62,479 nucleotides of DNA from an uncultured Gammaproteobacteria bacterium. GTDB taxonomy: Bacteria > Patescibacteriota > Microgenomatia > UBA8517. Location: assembly GCA_964568925.1 (NCBI GenBank), contig CAZMSJ010000004.1:1-62479 (forward strand), given 5' to 3'. The notes below the pieces were generated by a model. That model saw only the letters and a program-made list of their open reading frames with translations, was not told the origin of the DNA and searched no databases. Of the stretch, positions 9,117-17,670 are shown one piece after another; within the stretch, counting starts at the first letter, position 1, and the number at the start of each line of letters is the position of its first letter. The position numbers and the translations under genes are program-made.

Positions 9117-10763
9117 ATGAATGATAACCCGCGATTCGCGATTTTGGCGATCCTTGATGGATGGGGACTAGCACCCGCTGGTCCTGGAAACGCGATTACT
9201 CAAGCAAATATACCTAACATGAGGGGGTACTGGGTGAGTTTTCCCCACACACAACTGGGTGCCAGTGGTCAGTCTGTTGGTCTTCCTCGTGGTGAAGTTG
9301 GTAACACAGAAACCGGACACTTAAATATTGGTGCAGGGAGAATTGTGTACCAGGATTTAGCTCGTATCAACATGGCGATTGCTGATGGTTCATTTTTTGA
9401 AAACCCTGAGCTTCTTGGTGCCATTGATCACGCGAGAAGAAACAACTCGAGTATTCACTTGATGGGACTTGTTGGAGCCGGTGGAGTACATTCAAATTCA
9501 GAACACTTGTATGCGCTCCTTTCGTTAATGCACAAGCATAATGTTTCAAACGTGTTTATTCATGTATTCACTGATGGTCGTGATTCTCCTCCAAACGCTG
9601 CCAAAACGTATATTACGGAACTAGAAAAGGTATGTAGTCGTGAAGGGGTTGGAACCATTGCTTCAGTCATGGGGAGATATTTTGCTATGGACCGTGACCA
9701 CCGATGGGAGAGAACACTTGCAGCATACAACGCTTTAGTTGCAGGGGAAGGAAAAACTGCACCAACTCCAATAGGCGCCATTGACGCCTCCTATGCACAG
9801 GGAAAAACTGATGAGTTCGTTGAGCCAACTCTTGTCGTGAAACCTGGAGAGAAAGCTCATCTAATTACAGATAACGATGCAATTATATTTTTTAATTTTA
9901 GAATTGATCGACCACGACAACTGTCTCGTGAGTTTTTAATGCAAGATGGCAATGCTCTTGCAACCAATTGGGGGTTTGATCCATTCAGCGTTAAGTATGG
10001 CGGAAAGCACACGGAAGAAGTTGTACCAGTCGTATTGCCTGAAAAGCGCAAGAAGATATTAAAAAATTTATACTTTGCAACGATGACAGAGTATGAGCGA
10101 CCACTCGTTGATGCTGGTGCACATGTGTGTTTCCCTCCTGAGAAAATTGCGATGCCACTTGGTCGAGTAATCTCTTCACATGGATACCGCCAGTTACGTG
10201 CAGCCGAGAGTGAGAAGGAGCGTTTTGTTACCTTCTATATGAATGGACAAGAAGAAGGTGCCTTTGCCGGGGAAGAGAGACTTATTGTTCCTTCACCAAA
10301 AGTTGCAACCTATGACCTGGCTCCACAAATGAGTGCTGTTGAATTAACAGAAGCTGTTATTAATAAAATTAGCCCTGGTGGGTATTCACTTGTCATTATG
10401 AATTTTGCGAATGCAGATATGGTAGGGCACACCGGTAACCTTGCTGCATGTATTAAAGCAGTTGAGACAATTGATGCGTGTATTGGGAAACTTGGGAATT
10501 TTGTATTAAGTCGTGGTGGTGCATTGTTTATAACCGCCGATCATGGAAACGTAGAAGAAAAGATTGATGCGCATACCGGTCAGATTTCAACAGAACATAG
10601 TGGAAACCCGGTACCCTTTATCGTTGTTTCCCAGCCATACATTGGAAAAGGAACCATGCTTCCGAGTGGAATACTTGCTGATGTTGCACCAACTATTTTG
10701 CAATACCTTTCAATTGAAGCGCCATCATCAATGATGGGAAAGAACCTCTTAAGTAGTCTTTAA
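9117..10763 (+). CDS. gpmI: 2,3-bisphosphoglycerate-independent phosphoglycerate mutase
   Basis: AILDGWG N-terminus, NFANADMVGHTG and ITADHGNVE metal-site motifs. The 548-aa length fits. Confidence 0.9.
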   Translation: MNDNPRFAILAILDGWGLAPAGPGNAITQANIPNMRGYWVSFPHTQLGASGQSVGLPRGEVGNTETGHLNIGAGRIVYQDLARINMAIADGSFFENPELLGAIDHARRNNSSIHLMGLVGAGGVHSNSEHLYALLSLMHKHNVSNVFIHVFTDGRDSPPNAAKTYITELEKVCSREGVGTIASVMGRYFAMDRDHRWERTLAAYNALVAGEGKTAPTPIGAIDASYAQGKTDEFVEPTLVVKPGEKAHLITDNDAIIFFNFRIDRPRQLSREFLMQDGNALATNWGFDPFSVKYGGKHTEEVVPVVLPEKRKKILKNLYFATMTEYERPLVDAGAHVCFPPEKIAMPLGRVISSHGYRQLRAAESEKERFVTFYMNGQEEGAFAGEERLIVPSPKVATYDLAPQMSAVELTEAVINKISPGGYSLVIMNFANADMVGHTGNLAACIKAVETIDACIGKLGNFVLSRGGALFITADHGNVEEKIDAHTGQISTEHSGNPVPFIVVSQPYIGKGTMLPSGILADVAPTILQYLSIEAPSSMMGKNLLSSL

Positions 10764-11401
10764 TAAAACTCAGGATAACGACGGAGGAGCCCAACAACTC
10801 TTCCTTGAATCGTTACGTTTCTTACAAAGATAGGATTCATTGTTGTGTTTGCTGGTTCAAGTCGAATACGTGTGGCTTCTTTAAAGTATCTTTTTAAGGT
10901 TGCCATTCCATTATCAAGAAGTGCAACAACGATTTGACCATTTTTCGCTTCTTTAGTTTCTTCACAAATTACAAAATCTCCATCTCCAATTTGTGCATCA
11001 ATCATACTGGTACCTCGTACCTGAAGTACAAATGTTCGCTTGTTTGACTTGATAAAGTCTGGGGGAATAGAAAGAGTTGAGTTTGGATCTGTCATTGGTT
11101 CAATTGGAGAACCTGCTGCGATATATCCAAGTACTGGAACTGATACAACCTTTTCACTAAAGACATCAGCTGCAGGAGTATTTATTTGAATGTCTCTACT
11201 GTTATATCTACTTCTTGTGATAAATCCTTTTCCTTCAAGAGTTTGTAAGTGTTCATGTACGGTTGCAAGAGAGGTTACACCAACACCATCTGCAATTTGA
11301 CGAAGAGTAGGAGCATGACCATTCTTGCCAATAAATTGAACGACATAATCAAGTACTCGTTTCTGTTTTGGGTAGATGACTTGTGATGTGAAGGCGTTCA
11401 T
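10760..11401 (-). CDS. lexA: LexA repressor
   Basis: Winged-helix N-terminus (APTLRQIADGVGVTSLATVHEHLQTLEGKGFI), AAG cleavage site (GYIAAGSPIEP), and S24 Ser/Lys (VRGTSM, ATLKRY). The ATG at 11401 is preferred, because the track start at 11455 is the TTG inside a TTGACA box. Confidence 0.85.
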   Translation of the reverse strand: MNAFTSQVIYPKQKRVLDYVVQFIGKNGHAPTLRQIADGVGVTSLATVHEHLQTLEGKGFITRSRYNSRDIQINTPAADVFSEKVVSVPVLGYIAAGSPIEPMTDPNSTLSIPPDFIKSNKRTFVLQVRGTSMIDAQIGDGDFVICEETKEAKNGQIVVALLDNGMATLKRYFKEATRIRLEPANTTMNPIFVRNVTIQGRVVGLLRRYPEFY

Positions 11402-11426
11402 TTGTTCGGGTTTATTACTGCTATTC

Positions 11427-11455
11427 AATGTACAAACATTTACCGAACATGTCAA
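11427..11455 (-). promoter_or_regulatory. lexA promoter (TTGACA-17-TACATT) with overlapping 5-4-5 palindrome
   Basis: On the minus strand, TTGACA (11455..11450), a 17-nt spacer, and TACATT (11432..11427). The palindrome AATGT-N4-ACATT (11427..11440) overlaps the -10. Confidence 0.45.
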
Positions 11456-11484
11456 ATACCAATTTTAATAATTAATATCTAAGC

Positions 11485-11509
11485 ACAAAAAAGGTGCCTT
11501 ACGGCACCT
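11485..11509 (-). terminator. Rho-independent terminator of the 11525..11791 gene
   Basis: AGGTGCC-gtaa-GGCACCT on the minus strand followed by TTTTTTGT. Confidence 0.7.
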
Positions 11510-11524
11510 CCTTATATGAGTATT

Positions 11525-11791
11525 CTAGAACTGAATTCGTTTACCTTTGAACCCAGTAAAACCGTTTGGAACGTGTTCGCAATATTCAACTTGAAAAGGA
11601 ATATTTGATGACATTAGTGCCATCATCAATCTTTCAAGCCAAAATTGTTGATCAAAGTAGAAGGAGACTTCTCCGCTACCTTCTTGGAAACAATTGATAC
11701 CTGGGTAATCAGTGTTGTCTGCCTCCTGCTTCTCCAAAGAAGCTTGTGCCTTACCAAAATTTACACTGTTAATTACAACAAGAGGAATCAT
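11525..11791 (-). CDS. Hypothetical protein (about 89 aa)
   Basis: ORF upstream of lexA with its own terminator. The internal ATG (MIPLVVINSV...) is preferred over the AT-rich N-terminal extension. No motif recognised. Confidence 0.4.
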   Translation of the reverse strand: MIPLVVINSVNFGKAQASLEKQEADNTDYPGINCFQEGSGEVSFYFDQQFWLERLMMALMSSNIPFQVEYCEHVPNGFTGFKGKRIQF

Positions 11792-11976
11792 ATGAACTCC
11801 AGTATTGAGTAATGATTTTATATAACAAAGATAGTATATGATAAACAAGATGATCTGTCAATTATGGGATATACAATTTATGCTACCTAAATAATCCTTT
11901 CTATTGTTGACGTAGACTTTAAACTCCTTGTATAGTGTTTTCGCTTACTTAAAAAAAGATTCTTTTGGAGGAAGTC

Positions 11977-12306
11977 ATGGGGAATCTACGAAACAACCTG
12001 GGGTTTCTCTCAGTTTCAGATTCTGAGGTTCACTTGGTAGACAATGAGACTGGTGCTGTGTATGCACACATCACTCATACATCTGTTACAGAAGTTGTCT
12101 TACGTGGCAATTTCTTTCAGATGCCCGGTTCGTTTGAGGAAAAGCAGTCAGTCGTTGCAATATTGTTTGAGCATGCACGGAGCATCGCAACTGCGAACGG
12201 TTTACCTGAATCAGTACAGATCTCGGTAAGTATTAATCGTGTGCAGTCTGTACGTGCTATGGCAGGTCTCTTAATGTGTGCTTCGCCTGGTATGTCGTTT
12301 CCGTAA
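11977..12306 (+). CDS. Hypothetical protein (109 aa)
   Basis: GGAGG SD 5 nt before the ATG at 11977, and a strong terminator follows. No motif recognised. Confidence 0.45.
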   Translation: MGNLRNNLGFLSVSDSEVHLVDNETGAVYAHITHTSVTEVVLRGNFFQMPGSFEEKQSVVAILFEHARSIATANGLPESVQISVSINRVQSVRAMAGLLMCASPGMSFP

Positions 12307-12309
12307 GCT

Positions 12310-12338
12310 TCTCTCCCGGTAACCCGGGAGAGATTTTT
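12310..12338 (+). terminator. Rho-independent terminator
   Basis: TCTCTCCCGG-taac-CCGGGAGAGA stem followed by TTTTT. Confidence 0.75.
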
Positions 12339-12368
12339 CATTTGTGCTTTCTTCGGGTACAATGAAGG

Positions 12369-14393
12369 ATGACTCCATTCAAAATTCACGCGAAATTCTC
12401 CCCCATGGGAGACCAAGAGCAGGCAATTGCTAAGCTTGCTGATGGAGTGCGCAAAAAAGTTCCCTATCAAACGTTACTTGGTGTAACTGGTTCTGGGAAA
12501 ACATTTTCTATGGCAAATGTCATTGAAAGAACTCAGCGCCCAGCACTTATTATCTCTCACAACAAGACACTGGCTGCGCAGCTGTATCAGGAGTTTCGTG
12601 ACTTCTTTCCAGAAAATGCCGTCTCATACTTTGTTTCCTATTATGACTACTACCAACCTGAAGCATATATTCCCTCGACTGATACCTACATTGAAAAGGA
12701 CTCTGCAATCAATGAGTTGATTGATAAGATGCGACTTGCCACAACAACCAATCTCTTAACTCGAAAGGACACGATTGTAATTGCTTCAGTCAGCTGTATC
12801 TATAACATCGGTTCTCCAAAAGAATATGGTCGCTTTGTCTTTGAGATTGCCAGGGGAATCAGAATTGCTCGTGAGAGCATTATCGATCGACTTCTTGATC
12901 TTCAGTATCAACGTGGTGACTTTGGTTTCCATCGAGGGACCTTCAGAGTGCGTGGTGACACCATAGATATCTATCCTGCTTATCAAGATGAAGGGGTACA
13001 AATTGAGATGACTGGGGACTTAATTACAAACATCTTTTTGTTTGATCCAATTACTGGTAAAACTCTTGGTGATGGAAAATCTGTTGAGAAGTTTAGTTTG
13101 TTTCCAGCAAAGCACTTCATGACTGACCCAGCTAAAAATATGGCAGTCTATGAGCAGATAGAAAAAGATCTTGCGGAGCGTGTTGCCTGGTTTAAAAAGG
13201 AAGGACGAGAACTTGAAGCACATCGACTTCATCAGAAAGTTACCTATGAATTAGAAATGCTTCGTGAAGTTGGCTATGTGAAGGGGGTTGAAAACTATTC
13301 TCGATATTTTGACGGACGATCCCCAGGTGACGCACCAAACTCATTAATGGAATATTTTTGGGAAGCATATGGTGACGACTGGATTGTAATTGTTGATGAA
13401 AGTCACATAACCTTCCCACAGGTACGGGGAATGTACGCTGGTGACCTTTCACGAAAGAGAACCCTCGTTGATTATGGTTTCCGTCTTCCTGCCGCTTTTG
13501 ATAACAGACCAATGATGTTTGAAGAGTTTATGAGAAGAATTCCAAACTTTATTGCAGTTTCAGCGACACCTTCAGCTTGGGAACTGTCACTGTCTGATGA
13601 GCATGTTGTGGAACAATTGGTGCGTCCAACCGGTATTCCTGATCCTATTGTTGAAATTCGCCCAACTAAGTCACAAGTACAAGACGTGATGAATGAAGTG
13701 AAACTCAGAATAGAAAAAGGTGAGCGTACCTTAATTACCACTCTTACGAAGAGAACAGCCGAAGACTTAGCAGAATTTATGACACAAGCAGGAGTCAACG
13801 TGCACTACCTCCATTCAGATGTTCACACCCTTGATCGAACAGATATCTTAGATGACTTACGAAAGGGTAAGTATGATGCATTAATTGGAATTAATTTATT
13901 GCGTGAAGGGCTCGACCTACCTGAAGTGTCTCTTGTAGCAATTCTTGATGCTGACAAAGAAGGCTTCCTTCGAAGTGATGTGGCATTAATTCAGACGATG
14001 GGTCGTGCCGCTCGCCACATCGATGGGAAAGTTATTATGTACGCTGACCGAACAACTGGTTCAATGGAACGGGCATTAAATGAAGTTAAAAGACGACGCG
14101 CGTATCAGCTTGAGATGAATGAAAAGTATGGCATTGTTCCAACCGCTATTAATAAGCCTATTCGAGAAAAGCTCATCGAAAAGATTGAAGATGATGAGGA
14201 ATCATTTGTTTGGAAAACAAAACATCCTGGATTTTTGTCACTCCCGAACGTTGATACTGAAAGTTTGACTCCAATGGATCGCAAACGATTGGTCAAAAAC
14301 TTGCGTAAAGAAATGTCACTTGCAGCGGGAGACTTAAACTTTGAATTAGCTGCGCAAATTCGTGACAAGGTCAAAGAAATTGAAGCATTGTAA
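12369..14393 (+). CDS. uvrB: Excinuclease ABC subunit B
   Basis: Walker A GVTGSGKTF, VDESHITFPQ helicase motif, and a C-terminal UVR motif (AAGDLNFELAAQIRDK). Confidence 0.95.
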   Translation: MTPFKIHAKFSPMGDQEQAIAKLADGVRKKVPYQTLLGVTGSGKTFSMANVIERTQRPALIISHNKTLAAQLYQEFRDFFPENAVSYFVSYYDYYQPEAYIPSTDTYIEKDSAINELIDKMRLATTTNLLTRKDTIVIASVSCIYNIGSPKEYGRFVFEIARGIRIARESIIDRLLDLQYQRGDFGFHRGTFRVRGDTIDIYPAYQDEGVQIEMTGDLITNIFLFDPITGKTLGDGKSVEKFSLFPAKHFMTDPAKNMAVYEQIEKDLAERVAWFKKEGRELEAHRLHQKVTYELEMLREVGYVKGVENYSRYFDGRSPGDAPNSLMEYFWEAYGDDWIVIVDESHITFPQVRGMYAGDLSRKRTLVDYGFRLPAAFDNRPMMFEEFMRRIPNFIAVSATPSAWELSLSDEHVVEQLVRPTGIPDPIVEIRPTKSQVQDVMNEVKLRIEKGERTLITTLTKRTAEDLAEFMTQAGVNVHYLHSDVHTLDRTDILDDLRKGKYDALIGINLLREGLDLPEVSLVAILDADKEGFLRSDVALIQTMGRAARHIDGKVIMYADRTTGSMERALNEVKRRRAYQLEMNEKYGIVPTAINKPIREKLIEKIEDDEESFVWKTKHPGFLSLPNVDTESLTPMDRKRLVKNLRKEMSLAAGDLNFELAAQIRDKVKEIEAL

Positions 14394-14465
14394 CTTATAC
14401 CAAATCTCCTCTCGCTTTTTCCTTCTCAATACACAATAATAGCCACAAACCTTAATACGAACAGG

Positions 14466-15083
14466 ATGTTTGAACGCGTCGAACTCGCACCAGTACAAAC
14501 ACCTTCTGCCGTTGAGAGTGCACTTAACAAAGTAATCAATTCTGCTGAGCACATCGAGAGTCGGCCCGAATTTGAGATCGCAAGAGATCTCTCCGGAAGA
14601 GTCTTTGAAACAATTGCACACGAAACGGTACAAGCACGACAGCCGGAATACCGGAGGCTGCTTTCACCGGACGAAACCTTCAGAATATTTGCAAAAAGTC
14701 ATCCTCATGATGCAGTTATGTCAGATTCGTTTGGCCCCAAAGGGATAAAAGGCATCAGTGTTCCAGATGGCATGCTCTACGACTTGCGTTGGCAAGAAGA
14801 GAAAAATCGGGGACTCGTGAAGCTGTATGAATACACGTTGACGAAGCCATCATCGTTTATGGATTATGTACACAAGAAAGAACATGCATTTAGTATCATG
14901 AGAAATTTATATGGTTCTATTCTTTCAAATGCTGATTTGGTATTTGTTATTCCAGCTGCTTATAGCGTTGAACTTCCTTTAAAATTCCGGAAAAACAGTC
15001 GAATTGAGACCGTTTCTGTTTCACCAGCTGAAATCAGGAAAGTAACCACCGAATATCTTCATCGGGTCAATTTCATGCTATAA
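14466..15083 (+). CDS. Hypothetical protein (205 aa)
   Basis: Long ORF in coding-like sequence between uvrB and the metzincin-like pair. No convincing motif. Confidence 0.5.
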   Translation: MFERVELAPVQTPSAVESALNKVINSAEHIESRPEFEIARDLSGRVFETIAHETVQARQPEYRRLLSPDETFRIFAKSHPHDAVMSDSFGPKGIKGISVPDGMLYDLRWQEEKNRGLVKLYEYTLTKPSSFMDYVHKKEHAFSIMRNLYGSILSNADLVFVIPAAYSVELPLKFRKNSRIETVSVSPAEIRKVTTEYLHRVNFML

Positions 15084-15136
15084 TATTGCGTTTCAGGTTA
15101 CACGAGCATACAACGTAAGGAGTAGAAGGAGCAGGT

Positions 15137-15859
15137 ATGTTAAAAGTAATCGACCGCATGATTACCGTTTGCGTCTTCTTAGTTGCAATTTTGGTACTTG
15201 GTTTAACGGTAGTAAATAGAACCAAACCAGTCGGTTCTTTTAAAATTTATATTGAAAACGGGAAGAAAAGTCTTTCCCAGAGCATCAGACTTATTACCGA
15301 TGATGCTTGTTTGTTTGATACCCATGCGGTGGATGTGGTATCCGACAAAACGATACTAATTCATGGAGAATCCCTTTGGCTGACTGACAATCAGATTCGT
15401 CGTCTTGACTCTCTGGTTTCAAAAACAATGCAGAAGTCACTGCCACCTGCTTTTGTCTGGATGGTTGATGCAACGATTCCGCCAGAGATAGCTGTTATGT
15501 ATCAAACGACAGCGTGGGATGCCAGAACCGCAATAAATATCTTTTGGTGGGATGGCTGCAACTTAACAGCGGAATCTGACAAGTTGTCGGTATCTGTCAT
15601 TGCGATTAAGCACTATCCGGATATACAAACACAGGTAAACCTGTATTTGCATGAGCGCTCTCACACCATGGGATCCCTGCATGGTGCAGCAACAGACAAA
15701 GGTTTTTCTGCAGATGACCGGGCAGTTACCGGGCCATATGATGCCTATTGGTGGTCATTTGTTGGAACAGATGGGTATAGTGGAAATTGTACCCGATATG
15801 TGGATCAGGTGTACCTGACAGCATGCCAGGAGGTACATACGATTTTGACAAATCCGTAA
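15137..15859 (+). CDS. Membrane-anchored putative zinc metalloprotease (metzincin-type HExxHxxGxxH)
   Basis: N-terminal TM helix. Exact HERSHTMGSLH motif at 15650..15682. A conserved C-terminal Cys pair is shared with the paralog at 15999..16949. Confidence 0.6.
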   Translation: MLKVIDRMITVCVFLVAILVLGLTVVNRTKPVGSFKIYIENGKKSLSQSIRLITDDACLFDTHAVDVVSDKTILIHGESLWLTDNQIRRLDSLVSKTMQKSLPPAFVWMVDATIPPEIAVMYQTTAWDARTAINIFWWDGCNLTAESDKLSVSVIAIKHYPDIQTQVNLYLHERSHTMGSLHGAATDKGFSADDRAVTGPYDAYWWSFVGTDGYSGNCTRYVDQVYLTACQEVHTILTNP

Positions 15860-15864
15860 GATTT

Positions 15865-15898
15865 TGCCTTGGATGATTACTCATTCAAGGCATTTTTT
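15865..15898 (+). terminator. Rho-independent terminator
   Basis: 12-bp stem TGCCTTGGATGA/TCATTCAAGGCA followed by TTTTTT. Confidence 0.75.
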
Positions 15899-15998
15899 GT
15901 GTAAAACGGGGATTTGCGATATACTACTCATAGTATTCTAGTTTGTTAAGGAGAAGCCGGTGAAACGAGTACTTTAGCTCGTAAAATCTCTTGCACTG

Positions 15999-16949
15999 TT
16001 GGTAATATGGATTTTGTTTACAATTATCGTAGGAGCGACAATATCGCATGGAGCAAATCTTCTTTTTCCATTATTCATGGCACAGGGAGAGTTTACTACC
16101 TCAAACGGCGGGATTACGAGCGAATGTGGAAAGACATTAGCTCGAGTTAGATTGCGTGAATACCCCTCAGTTGATGGTTACACGATTATTGTGTTTCCAC
16201 CGGGCGAGATTGTGTGTTTCAGCTCATTTAAAGAGGCGGATGGCTATAAATGGGGACAGGTGACTGACCTCTATTATGGGAAACCGGGATGGGTGGCATT
16301 AAAGTACATTTCAGATCTGCGTGAAACCACGTTGAACTCTGGTTTTGATTTGGCGAATAAGTCAACTGATCCAACCTGCTTGTATAACAAATACGACTTG
16401 AAGATGGTTTCCAACAAGAACCTCATTATTGGATCAGGTTTACAAAGCTCTAGTCTTAATCAATTGCAGAAATTTGACACCGTAGTTGCTAAGTACATGA
16501 ACAGGTCTTTGACTCCGGTTATCAATTGGTATATTGATTCAGATAATCCACCTGAGATTTCCAGAGCCACTTCTATTGAAGGATGGGCTGGAATAAATTT
16601 GAAATTTGACTATACATGGGACGGATGCACAATTGGTTTCGATATTCGGAATATGTCAATCTCAGTAAATGTCTTTAAGGCCTACGATTTTGCATTCTTT
16701 CGATTGCAAGTGTATTTACATGAAAGATCCCATTCACTCGGGGCAGTGCACGGAGCCGAAACAGGTAACTATATTGCGGAAAGATATTTAGTTAATTTCT
16801 TTCCAGAGCACTTGGCATATGGTCCGATGGACGCCTTTTGGTGGTCAGATGTTGGCCTAGATGCATATAGCAATTCTTGTACTCGGTTCACCGATGAGAC
16901 ATACCTCTCGGCATGCCAGGAGATAGTACAGATTCTCGCATCACCATAA
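15999..16949 (+). CDS. Membrane-anchored SH3b-like plus metzincin-motif protein (paralog of 15137..15859)
   Basis: HERSHSLGAVH at 16719..16751. WDGC, NPPEI and C..ACQE blocks are shared with the paralog. Residues about 45-105 resemble a bacterial SH3 domain (GYKWGQV...GWVALKYI). The TTG start is uncertain. Confidence 0.6.
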   Translation: MVIWILFTIIVGATISHGANLLFPLFMAQGEFTTSNGGITSECGKTLARVRLREYPSVDGYTIIVFPPGEIVCFSSFKEADGYKWGQVTDLYYGKPGWVALKYISDLRETTLNSGFDLANKSTDPTCLYNKYDLKMVSNKNLIIGSGLQSSSLNQLQKFDTVVAKYMNRSLTPVINWYIDSDNPPEISRATSIEGWAGINLKFDYTWDGCTIGFDIRNMSISVNVFKAYDFAFFRLQVYLHERSHSLGAVHGAETGNYIAERYLVNFFPEHLAYGPMDAFWWSDVGLDAYSNSCTRFTDETYLSACQEIVQILASP

Positions 16950-16975
16950 GAAATTTGGGTCGTTGAAACAAAAGA

Positions 16976-17006
16976 AGCCTTGAATGAAATCATTCAAGGC
17001 TTTTCT
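16976..17006. terminator. Bidirectional hairpin terminator
   Basis: AGCCTTGAATGA/TCATTCAAGGCT stem flanked by an A-run and a T-run. The stem is nearly identical in sequence to the terminator at 15865..15898. Confidence 0.7.
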
Positions 17007-17017
17007 TATATCTATCG

Positions 17018-17275
17018 CTATCTGTTATTAGCAAACCAACGATATAAACCGGTTATTCCGCCAATACAGGTAGGGACAACGAAACTAAGTACGATTGCTT
17101 CAAGGTTTTTCTTCACTTCACCACCTTGAGCACCTGCGACCGTGAACAAGACAATCTCAAGCACAATGATCGCCACCAATGTGTAAAACAGATATTTTAG
17201 CTCTCTTTGAGCAGAAAGAATTGCTGCTATACCGGCTAAAATACCTGTCCCAAGCGAGAAAATCACATAGATCAT
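17018..17275 (-). CDS. Small 3-TM membrane protein (85 aa)
   Basis: Hydrophobic protein. Paralog of the upstream gene (shared LSFVV...LY C-terminal block). Its start overlaps the stop of the upstream gene by 4 nt. Confidence 0.55.
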   Translation of the reverse strand: MIYVIFSLGTGILAGIAAILSAQRELKYLFYTLVAIIVLEIVLFTVAGAQGGEVKKNLEAIVLSFVVPTCIGGITGLYRWFANNR

Positions 17276-17532
17276 AGCTTTCCTCTTTTGTGATACAAAA
17301 ATGGCGAGAGTAAACCAACTACAAAGGAAAGTAATATTCCTTCTTTGTTCAAAACGACTGAGCCTGTTTGTGCAAAAATGATTTGGGTGACTGTGACAAA
17401 CCCAATGACTAGGATGACAAGCAAAAGGATCAACTTCTTAACGTTGAAATTGTCATGCCACACGATGTACCTCAAAAGAGCACCAAACACGAAACCGACT
17501 GCTAAAGAAAGAATTGCAGGCAAGATAATCAT
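17272..17532 (-). CDS. Small 3-TM membrane protein (86 aa)
   Basis: Hydrophobic tandem paralog of 17018..17275. Confidence 0.55.
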   Translation of the reverse strand: MIILPAILSLAVGFVFGALLRYIVWHDNFNVKKLILLLVILVIGFVTVTQIIFAQTGSVVLNKEGILLSFVVGLLSPFLYHKRGKL

Positions 17533-17670
17533 TTACAAGCCTCCATCTATATTCTAACTTCAATATTATGAGATTCTGTATGCCGATTGTCAAGACAGGT
17601 GAAACTATTTCGGGAAGTTCGGGTGTGCTCACCCCAAGGTGGACAATTTGAGGTATAATAGACATTTGCA

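Noticed and set aside
14466-15083. PD-(D/E)xK nuclease motif in the 205-aa unknown (VPDG ... YEYTLTK).
   Set aside because: The spacing does not give a proper (D/E)xK triad, so the resemblance is too weak to call.
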